From assembly GCA_963791045.1 (NCBI GenBank), contig CAWBQK010000013.1:52694-116693 (forward strand): DNA of 64,000 bases, in the 5' to 3' direction. The stretch comes from Candidatus Latescibacterota bacterium (GTDB lineage: Bacteria > Krumholzibacteriota > Krumholzibacteriia > WVZY01). Positions 9,601 to 16,683 of this stretch are shown here, piece after piece. The notes under the pieces were generated by a model. It was not told the DNA's origin. It saw only the letters and a program-made list of their open reading frames with translations, and ran no database searches. Both the position numbers and the translations under genes were made by a program. The number at the start of each line of letters is the position of its first letter. Within the stretch, counting starts at the first letter, position 1.

Positions 9601-10669
9601 CGAGCAGCACATCGGCGCCCAGATGCACGCTGTCGTACCGGTTGCCGAACGTTGCACTGGCAGCGTCGAGCGTGACACCATAGCTTCCCGCCGCCGCGCC
9701 GACAGGCGCGACCACAACAACGCGGTAGTCCGCCGTCTCACCGGGCGAGAGAGTCCCGGTTGTGAACGGGAACGCGGAGAGGCCGCTACCCGTATCGAGC
9801 CACACGTCCCAACCAGCGGGAGGCGTAACCGAAAGTTCATAAGTGTCCGCGTCAAGACCTTCGTTCTCCACGCGGAGATCATAGAAAATCGTGTCGCCGG
9901 GCAAGGCGCTCCAGATCGAGAATCCGCCCCCACCGGATCCGATCGCGCCGAATTCGTCATTACCGTTTCCATCCACGGCGAGGTCGACAAATTTCCGAAA
10001 GATAACCGACACATCGTCGACATACGACCACGTTTCCCAGAGATGATCGTTGGTATTTGCCTGCTGGAAGTAAACGCGAATCGTCTGCCCCGCATAGGCG
10101 GACAAGTCGAACCCGGCGGGCGCGACGCCATCGTCGCTAAACCATCCGCTGTCCTTGAAAATGTAACTTGGGTCTGTGAACATCAACGACAACACCGACT
10201 CCAGCGTGTTGTTCGCCGTGTCCCTGATCTCGGCGTCGAACGGATCGTACGGGTCCGTGTCATAACCCTGCTGCCGGACCTGGTAGGACAACGTGGCGAT
10301 GGAGATGTCCGCCGGAATCGTGACGTCCTGATACATAAAGCCGACGGCGCTCTTACGTTCGCGCGAGTACTTGAATCCCAGCCGCGCCGAGTAGCTGCCC
10401 GTGTAAGGCATGTCGGGAACAACGAGATGATCGGCAAGCGCAGGATTGAAATTGGTCCCGCGGAATGCGCCGTGAACCCAGTACGGCCCGAAGTCGCCGG
10501 TCTCGAATGACCCGTTCTGGATTAGCTCTCCCGCGAACGCGACATGGGGAATCAGAACCAGCCCGATGATCACGAGACACACGGCGGCGCACACGATTCC
10601 GGAGTTTCCACTCCGGCGCTCCACGCCGTTTACTGCCGTTGAAATATTCATCCTAGAACTTGTAATCAT
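6638..10669 (-). CDS. giant secreted surface protein with N-terminal CBM4_9-like domain, six tandem Ig-like repeats, SdrD-B-like domain and C-terminal DUF11 (OmcB-like) module
   Basis: 1343-aa ORF with signal peptide (IVCAAVCLVIIGLVLIPHVAFA). NGSFETGDFGPYW is the CBM4/9 hallmark. Six ~130-aa repeats share (V/I)DGxGxGxFG..G.GGxS...ELxNxG...W..P.GW. DENHDGIYDPGEAGIGGVTV is SdrD_B-like. The C-terminus TYTISYTNTGADSVQSV is DUF11. Start could be 10651. Confidence 0.85.
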   Translation of the reverse strand: MITSSRMNISTAVNGVERRSGNSGIVCAAVCLVIIGLVLIPHVAFAGELIQNGSFETGDFGPYWVHGAFRGTNFNPALADHLVVPDMPYTGSYSARLGFKYSRERKSAVGFMYQDVTIPADISIATLSYQVRQQGYDTDPYDPFDAEIRDTANNTLESVLSLMFTDPSYIFKDSGWFSDDGVAPAGFDLSAYAGQTIRVYFQQANTNDHLWETWSYVDDVSVIFRKFVDLAVDGNGNDEFGAIGSGGGGFSIWSALPGDTIFYDLRVENEGLDADTYELSVTPPAGWDVWLDTGSGLSAFPFTTGTLSPGETADYRVVVVAPVGAAAGSYGVTLDAASATFGNRYDSVHLGADVLLATYGADMAVEGNGFGVVGDDGAGGFSIQTDVWNNTVSYAIELRNTGMAPATFDVTWAADPGAVSEIVYAGATYSSPFTTQIVAAGATAVMTLEVTVPSPETGGDYSTIVAAAVIQDPLKNDSIEATLRLDAPRVDMIVGSNGDGIYDDTQSGLGGSSSSVSQKSTEVVFPVTIQNEAGVSDAFTLTWDRPTGNWKAVLVVGGVDYSFPYTTATIPAHGELSVELKIIVPGNAKNGTWSSFLHAESGVDSRVSESVTAAVSITEEGQVDMIIDGSGEGVFGPVGTGLGGNSLRTVAPGDSVTFIVELLHPSGADAADISWNTPPGWRVTFDNRTSPVAGYPEGVYELKAVVPLDATGGLVDIIVDAEKSDRRYYMDSVLGRLQVYPVTVVDAVIDGNGDGVFGLLGSGGGGLSLQTQAAPSVLNFTLELQNEGGDPDQYTVTWNDIPFWNAALNSSSTPYTTGLIPAGATGLYTFEVVLPSGAFPGDYSYVIDVVADSDPTVVESVEARITVVGPPRIDLIIDGSGSGIFGELGTGDGGQSIRPANAGGSYSALLEARNVGSFADSFYVYWELPAGWPAGSVVLSDGFASYSGPFWTTMIGAGGSLNFTVDVQVPVTAVAGVFPSIINAYSSLPPNSPESVRLVTQTGAVVTGIVFDDENHDGIYDPGEAGIGGVTVVENNSGLTLVTGGDGRFTFVNGGGAPITLFEQNLPGFVSISPDTVGPATVDAGDTLTVNFADVLGIRLSTGAVLNGVAGSYVDFPHRLDAGTSGAVVLSAAADSGVVTMFLLDENGNGVFDGADRALQPGDLDMDPTAGRDHVNLFLRVFVPTSSTPGTTHQVLIDAVQSIGGTPLVATAQAADAVLVVDGTVGLLVLQKQVDLDEAQPGDVLTYTISYTNTGADSVQSVLILDAVSAFVDPMSDAFGAGLDVEWHKDAAPVEYLTLDPADGDECEYSVSERLLRVTFSRNSAYVLAPGETGELVYRVIVK
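7819..9994 (-). repeat. six tandem ~390-nt coding repeats (Ig-like modules) inside the giant surface-protein gene
   Basis: Six consecutive protein-level repeats beginning (I/V)DG(N/S)GxG(V/I)FG and ending ..W..P.GW. Confidence 0.55.
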
Positions 10670-13600
10670 TGAACATCCAGTCAGAGAGAATCAGTTGAAC
10701 CCTTATGCCAAATCCTTTTTGCCACGCGTCGTTTTCTGAAAGATCCCGATCTTCGAATCCGCCGACACTGTACCCGGCGCCGATCCTCACGCGATCGAAG
10801 AAGAGATAACCGAGCTCGGCGCCCGACCCGATCTGCCTCGTCCCAACATCGACCTGCCCGAGGAACCGCACCCACAAATCCACGTCCCAGTTACGGGCAA
10901 ACCGGAACACGTACTGGGACAACAAGAGATAGTTGCGGCTCGTCTCCGAAATTCCCGTGCTGTAATTCTCGACACGTTTCGCGGCGAGTTTGAAACGCAA
11001 TTCGTGCGCGTTGTGCGGTATCACGTTGATATCCGTCGACGCGATCAGCTTCCACACGATCGCCTCGGGATCCACCGGCGAGTAGCGGTCGTACTCGGTT
11101 CTCAAGAGGAAGAGAGACCGGAACGGGGTAACCAGCGGGCGGTACACACCGGCGAGCCGGCCGTCCATGCGAAGCGACGTCTCCCGGTCATCGAATGTTG
11201 AAATCGATATCGCATCTTTAAAAATCACCGACATACCCTTGTCAAATTCTTTTCCCGCATTGAGCTTCAACACATGACGGTTGGACGCCCGCTGCCAGCG
11301 GTATTCGTATTGGGCCTCGACGAGCGACTTGCCCCGCTTGATCCGGTTGAGCCCCGTCTTAACAGCGACATATTCGTCGTCGACCTGGCTTGAGAACGAC
11401 CGGTACCCCTCGATATCAAACATCGCGGCGAGATCCCAGGTGATCGGGAACGTTTGTTTCATTCCCATGATTGTTCCCATTCGCTTGTCGTTCGCCGTCC
11501 GGTTCATCGCGTACTTCGTATACAGCTTCGAATTCTGACCCGTCTGCGCCTCGATGCCGGTGAGCAGCTGGTGGGTCGCAGGCCGGTTGTGCGCCGACAA
11601 GTACTCGTGCGTCGCCACGACCCGGTATCTCTGGAGGAAGCGGTACGACAAAGCCGAAGTCAAACGGTCGGGATACTCATCGACAATATCCGCGCCCTGG
11701 TTCCGCTCCCAATGCGTCCGAAGTTCCGCGCTGCGGCCGGCGCGGACGCCGGCGTCAAGCATGGTGAGAAAACTGCTGCTCTCGATACTTTCCTTGTCCT
11801 GCGTCGCCGCCCTGAGGCCCGCGCCAAACATCAGGGTCTTCCCTTCGTACTTTCCAAGCACGTCCACATTGCCAAGACGGTCGCCGCTATTGTCATTCCG
11901 GTGTTTGAAACCGTGCGAGTCGATGGACAGGTCGTTGCTTATTCTCAAGTGCGAGTCAAACCCCGCCTTTTCGCTGTAAAGCTCGCGCGAAGCTCCGGCA
12001 AACGACGGGTTGAGGAAATTGCCGTCGACCTTGCGGAGATAAACCGAGTGCTCACCCATGAGTTTTTTCGTGCCCGCCATCACGCGAAACGCGTTGCCTT
12101 CGCCGGCGATGTCGTCCTCGCTTCGAGCAAACTCGCCCCCCAGATCGAGCCAGCCTATCGAGTATCCGCCATCGAAGCCGTAGAGCGAATAATCCGAAAG
12201 ATGCCCGTCCTTGGCGATCGCGGTCACGCCGAGCTTGAAACGGCCGCTCTGTGCCAGTGCGCCTCGGATCCCGTAGAGATAGTCTCCCTCTTCCGACGAT
12301 TCCGCCTCGTAGATGGCGACGATCCTTACCGGGTTCAATTCGCGCGTGAATGCGGGAATCGGCTCTTTGAAAAGAATCGCGCCGTTGAAATAGTTGACGG
12401 TGAAGTCCCGATGTTCAGTGAGGGGCCTGATCTCTAGAATTCTCTCGGACTGGTAGCGGTCGCGCACCTGGAGCATGAGGTTTACAGAGTTTTCCACGAC
12501 GGGCGATTTCGACAGGAAGTAGAACCCGCTGGTGCCGTCACCCTGGATTTCATCCTGGACGGTAAAGAAATCCGTTTTGGTCACGAACGCTTCGACACCG
12601 GCGTTCCCAGAAACGATGGCGCCGTTGAGGCCGGTGGCTGATTTCTTGTAGGTGAGAAATTCTCCCTCGGTAAACGGCGACCGGAAGTCTCCGTATCGCA
12701 AGAAGGACTGCCCCTTCTCGAGGGCGATGTAATTGCCGCCCTGCGCGGGCGCCTCGTAGTGAAGCTCGGACGCGTCGCCGTACGCCGTGTACTGACGCTC
12801 GGGGTTGAAAGTCTGAAGGAGCGGATCGTCGTAGCGCTTATCGGTGTCGATACGCGCGGTCAAATTGATTCCCGCGTACGACGTCCCCTGGATAAAGAAA
12901 CGCGACTCGCCTTTGAATCGAACACCCTCGTAGTAATCTTCGAGACCCAACGGATCGCCGCTCCCCGATGAGCTGAAAGCGCCGAGACGCCCCTCGATGA
13001 TTCCCGACATAAACATCGACCGGTGTGCCGGAACAAAAGCGACAACACATGTCGCCCTGTAACCGTGCGACTCGACGACAATATTCCGGCGCCCCGTTGT
13101 CAGGCTCGGCCGGATGTGCACGAGGAACTGTCCGTTCTCGCTCGAAATCTGCAGGCCGCGCTGATCCGGATCTTCGTCGGAGTTAGTAACAAGCGAATCG
13201 CCTTCGATCACGGTGGCTATGAGACCGTTTATCGTCGGGAGACCGAGTTCGTCGCGGAGTTCGACCAGAATCGTCTCGCGTGACTGCCCGTCCGCGGGAA
13301 GGATGACACGATCGGGCACTATCGCGATATCCACGGGTTTGCCCGCGAGCGCGACCGACACGCTGTCGACAATCGTTTCGGCTCCATTGACGGGGGTCGC
13401 TTCGAGTCGAGGCGTGTTCCAACCGTTCTTGATGCGCACGGCGTAATAAGTGATCTCTTCGAATCGTTCGTCGAGATGGATTTCTTTTTTACCGATCCGG
13501 TCCGCGGGAACGAGTTCGTCACCGCTGAACAATTCGTACTTGCTGCCCAGCGGGACCCGGGCCGTGACTTCGATCTGGTCGCGCTTAATCACAACCGATC

Positions 13601-13976
13601 GGTCGGGCGGGTCAAGGAGTCCGAGCGCCTTTACCTTGTCCTGGCCGCCGCGTTCGTCCGGCGGACTCTGTTCAGCATCGCCGGCAACTCCGTTCGCTCC
13701 GCCAACGGAATAACTCGCCGTGCTGTCCCCGGGGGCAAAACCGACACCGGCGGCGCGCAAACGCATGGCGAGATCTTTGTCCTCTTCCCACGAAACCAGC
13801 GTGTAATACTCCGTCTCTTTGCCGCCCCATCCGTGGGCGAATGGCTCGAGGACGACCGTGGAATCGAGCCACGATGACGAAGCGTCGGGAACGTCCGGCC
13901 ACGCGGGCTCGGTAATCGACCGGTTTGCTTCACGCCACGGGACTTTGCGGCTCGTGCTTGTCTCCACGCTTCCCAA
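10653..13976 (-). CDS. large predicted outer-membrane beta-barrel protein (family unassigned), C-terminal ...NDYKF
   Basis: 1107-aa ORF with long alternating amphipathic beta-strands and a C-terminal aromatic residue (F), typical of OMPs. No signal peptide. The first start is TTG, only 12 codons after an in-frame TGA that ends the upstream OmpA-domain ORF. Start and independence are uncertain. Confidence 0.7.
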   Translation of the reverse strand: MGSVETSTSRKVPWREANRSITEPAWPDVPDASSSWLDSTVVLEPFAHGWGGKETEYYTLVSWEEDKDLAMRLRAAGVGFAPGDSTASYSVGGANGVAGDAEQSPPDERGGQDKVKALGLLDPPDRSVVIKRDQIEVTARVPLGSKYELFSGDELVPADRIGKKEIHLDERFEEITYYAVRIKNGWNTPRLEATPVNGAETIVDSVSVALAGKPVDIAIVPDRVILPADGQSRETILVELRDELGLPTINGLIATVIEGDSLVTNSDEDPDQRGLQISSENGQFLVHIRPSLTTGRRNIVVESHGYRATCVVAFVPAHRSMFMSGIIEGRLGAFSSSGSGDPLGLEDYYEGVRFKGESRFFIQGTSYAGINLTARIDTDKRYDDPLLQTFNPERQYTAYGDASELHYEAPAQGGNYIALEKGQSFLRYGDFRSPFTEGEFLTYKKSATGLNGAIVSGNAGVEAFVTKTDFFTVQDEIQGDGTSGFYFLSKSPVVENSVNLMLQVRDRYQSERILEIRPLTEHRDFTVNYFNGAILFKEPIPAFTRELNPVRIVAIYEAESSEEGDYLYGIRGALAQSGRFKLGVTAIAKDGHLSDYSLYGFDGGYSIGWLDLGGEFARSEDDIAGEGNAFRVMAGTKKLMGEHSVYLRKVDGNFLNPSFAGASRELYSEKAGFDSHLRISNDLSIDSHGFKHRNDNSGDRLGNVDVLGKYEGKTLMFGAGLRAATQDKESIESSSFLTMLDAGVRAGRSAELRTHWERNQGADIVDEYPDRLTSALSYRFLQRYRVVATHEYLSAHNRPATHQLLTGIEAQTGQNSKLYTKYAMNRTANDKRMGTIMGMKQTFPITWDLAAMFDIEGYRSFSSQVDDEYVAVKTGLNRIKRGKSLVEAQYEYRWQRASNRHVLKLNAGKEFDKGMSVIFKDAISISTFDDRETSLRMDGRLAGVYRPLVTPFRSLFLLRTEYDRYSPVDPEAIVWKLIASTDINVIPHNAHELRFKLAAKRVENYSTGISETSRNYLLLSQYVFRFARNWDVDLWVRFLGQVDVGTRQIGSGAELGYLFFDRVRIGAGYSVGGFEDRDLSENDAWQKGFGIRVQLILSDWMFNDYKF

Positions 13977-14012
13977 ATCCGCCCGCGTACTCGAACCACC
14001 ATACGAACTCGA

Positions 14013-16589
14013 TCATCCGCCCCCGTGTCCCCGACCGTCGAGTTGAATCCGACAACGGAACGAATCTCGCGCACCCGATGCGTGTCGGACGCCGCCGCGG
14101 TAAACGACACCTTGCACTCGATTCCGCGCGATCGGGCAAATCCACCGACGACATATCGGCCATCGACTTCGGCGATCCTCCCCGCCGCACGTGACGCGCG
14201 TCTTTGCGTCATCGAACACATCCGGGATTTCGAGCGCGAGATCAATCTCGACCGGGATTATCGCGTCGGAGGAGATTCCCCAAATCACAAACACGTGGAA
14301 CGAATCGGCGACGGTTGTCACGTTACTCATGTCGGCTTCGACACGGTCGATTTCCGCATGGTCCTCGACACCGGTTCCCGGCGGAACAAAACTGACCTCG
14401 ACACGACGGTTCTCTGCGCGGCCTTCGCGCGTCGTGTTCGTCGCCACCGGCGTAGTGTCGCCGTGGCCTCGTGCGACGATCCGCTCTTGGGGAATCCCTT
14501 TGGCGGACAGATACCGCTTAACCGCGCCGGCACGCGCCTCGGAGAGTTCCTGGTTCGAAGCAAATTCCGCGTTGTGGATCGGAATGCTGTCGGTGTGACC
14601 TTCCAGATAGACGATCCAACCAGGATTCTTCTCGAGAAATTCGACAATCGGGTTGAGATAGTGCAGCGTCCCGGTTTTCAGATACGATTTGCCGATTTCG
14701 AACAGCGAACTTGGAATTGACGGCATCCGGTAAAGGGCCTGTTGTTGTTTCCGGATGCTCACCATTTCCTGGCAGGATATCTGACGCGACACCCGCGGCC
14801 TTTCGCGGGCCCGTTCGGGCATCGGGAATGACACCACCGCGTGGCCGCTGGGGATCATGTGGACCAACCGTTCGGTGCCGAACACTGCGTTGGTTTTTGT
14901 GGATATGGCCTCGATGTCGACGATGTCGGGCGCGAGCGTGCTTTCATCGATCCGGATTACACGAAAACCGGAAAACACCCACGGGACCGAGAAGCGCCCC
15001 GTCGAGTCGGTCAACGCGTACTCCCCGCTCTCGAGAAATACGCCGACCCTCGGGAGTCCCCTCTCTCCGTGATCACGCTTGCCGTTTTTGTTTGCGTCGA
15101 CAAACACATCGCCAAGGAGGAAACCCTCGTCACCAAACATATCGTTTGCAATCTTGAGCGCGTTGACCACGGGCCCCGCGTAAAGATTGCGCGCGAGCGC
15201 CGTGCCGACAGCGTTTCCGGTGATCTTCGTCCAGCCGTTCTTGACGCGACTGTTTGCGACAAACTTGATCACCGCCTGCCGGCGTTCCCCGGGAGCGAGT
15301 GATCCAACCTGCCATGCGAGGGTCTTTCCGTCGAGCTCAAAATCCGGACTCGAGAGAAACTCGAGTGTCGGCTGAACCGTTTCGTCCACAACGACATTGT
15401 CGGCGCGGACGCTGTCGCTCCGGTTGGCAACCGCGACAACCAGGGTGACGATGTCACCGAAGGCCGCCGTGTTTTCTTTGAAAGTTTGTTCGAGACTGAG
15501 AACCGCCGACGGGTTGAACGGTTCGGCAAGAACAATCCGGTCGATTGTTTCGTTCGTCCGCGTCGTGTCGAGGAGCGAACGCGCTCGCAGACGAATCGAT
15601 AACGAGTCCTGCCCGACGTGATAGAACGACTCATCTTCGGTGGTGACGTGAACTTGAAGCGTCCGTCTTTCACCGCTTTCCAGCTGACCGAGAAGCACCG
15701 CGCCCGAACTGGCAGGAACCGTTCGAAGCCCGTTGCCGGCGCTGTCCCGCACGGTTACCTGAACCCCGGGCGGCCAACCGGTCGAATCGGCGGGCTCGAT
15801 CCGAATTATGTCCGGATCGCGGCCATCGTTAAGAATTTCGTTTTCAAAAACAAGTGTCTGCGTCGACACTCCAACGCTGCGGCGCGTGACGTCATCGGGA
15901 CTACCCTCTCCGCCCGGCAACGCCTTCGCGTTCTCGAGCGGTCCGACGTGAAGCGGTTGGACTGGATCCGCCTGTGTGAGAATGTGAACAACGCTCGATG
16001 CCCGGCGCTCGAGCGTGTCGACACCCGTGGCCGCCGAAATATCGACATAACTATCCCCACCACCCTGCCCCGAAGTGAGAACGTACATCGTTCCCAGGTC
16101 CGTCGACTCTCCGGGCCCGAGGTTGAGGAAGGATCGGTCTTCCTCTCCGGGATCGAAAGCGGAATTCCCGTTCGAATCGTGATAGAAAACGACATCACTG
16201 ATTCCAATCGTCGACGCGGACAAGATCGCGTGATCGACCGAGATCGAATCGGCGACGTTCCCCAGGTTTCGCACCACGAAACCGCACTGAACGGTATCCG
16301 CCTCGAAACCGAACAGCGAATACGCGGGACTCGCTACCGTGCCGGCCGGCGTAAGCGAAATCTGGAAGAAAGGACCCACTGGTGTGGTCGCCGGATTGGA
16401 CCGAACGGCGTGTCGGAAGCCGTTCTGAGTGTACTCGGCGCTGGACTGGGAAATGATTTCATAACCAAGAGGCGGGACGGCGGCCTGCACGTTTTGCCAA
16501 ACAAAAAACACCCCTACGACGACCCAACACCATAACAGGCGCTTTAACAATGGGTTATAGGGATGAATTCTCACTTGATGATCTCTCAA
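14013..16589 (-). CDS. secreted protein with SdrD-B-like domain and OmpA-like peptidoglycan-binding domain
   Basis: Signal peptide (LLWCWVVVGVFFVWQNVQAA). DANKNGKRDHGERGLPRVGVFLESGEYALTDSTGRFSV is SdrD_B. aa 620-735 (WIVYLEGHTDS...NQELSEARAGAVKRYL...NRRVEVSF) is OmpA_C-like. The last ~60 aa are an R/G-rich, junk-like tail. Confidence 0.8.
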   Translation of the reverse strand: MRDHQVRIHPYNPLLKRLLWCWVVVGVFFVWQNVQAAVPPLGYEIISQSSAEYTQNGFRHAVRSNPATTPVGPFFQISLTPAGTVASPAYSLFGFEADTVQCGFVVRNLGNVADSISVDHAILSASTIGISDVVFYHDSNGNSAFDPGEEDRSFLNLGPGESTDLGTMYVLTSGQGGGDSYVDISAATGVDTLERRASSVVHILTQADPVQPLHVGPLENAKALPGGEGSPDDVTRRSVGVSTQTLVFENEILNDGRDPDIIRIEPADSTGWPPGVQVTVRDSAGNGLRTVPASSGAVLLGQLESGERRTLQVHVTTEDESFYHVGQDSLSIRLRARSLLDTTRTNETIDRIVLAEPFNPSAVLSLEQTFKENTAAFGDIVTLVVAVANRSDSVRADNVVVDETVQPTLEFLSSPDFELDGKTLAWQVGSLAPGERRQAVIKFVANSRVKNGWTKITGNAVGTALARNLYAGPVVNALKIANDMFGDEGFLLGDVFVDANKNGKRDHGERGLPRVGVFLESGEYALTDSTGRFSVPWVFSGFRVIRIDESTLAPDIVDIEAISTKTNAVFGTERLVHMIPSGHAVVSFPMPERARERPRVSRQISCQEMVSIRKQQQALYRMPSIPSSLFEIGKSYLKTGTLHYLNPIVEFLEKNPGWIVYLEGHTDSIPIHNAEFASNQELSEARAGAVKRYLSAKGIPQERIVARGHGDTTPVATNTTREGRAENRRVEVSFVPPGTGVEDHAEIDRVEADMSNVTTVADSFHVFVIWGISSDAIIPVEIDLALEIPDVFDDAKTRVTCGGEDRRSRWPICRRWICPIARNRVQGVVYRGGVRHASGARDSFRCRIQLDGRGHGGG

Positions 16590-16683
16590 GGATACAATCC
16601 GCCATATACGGGGCTGGCGGATGAATGGCTGAAGCCACTCATCCGCCTGCCTTGCTCAAATATTGTCCGTCTTGTCGGACGAA

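Noticed and set aside
8951-10510. 519-aa ORF on the plus strand (and similar: 16771..18018 +, 11454..12437 +, 15618..16535 +, 24028..24681 -, 25063..25953 -, 28283..29188 +, 35573..36403 -, 35818..36588 -, 40875..41819 -, 49862..51256 -, 31011..31715 +, 62536..63168 -)
   Set aside because: All lie antisense to confidently homologous genes. Their translations are Arg/Gly/Pro-rich low-complexity sequence, typical of open antisense frames in high-GC DNA.
14013-14015. TGA at the OmpA/barrel junction as selenocysteine or genome-wide TGA recoding
   Set aside because: TGA terminates other well-supported genes in the window (CBS protein, first ORF). No SECIS-like hairpin is evident within 40 nt downstream.
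13960-14040. tRNA-like GGTTCGAGT T-loop-like motif on the minus strand near the OmpA/barrel junction
   Set aside because: No acceptor/T-stem complementarity and no CCA context. It is just part of the coding junction.
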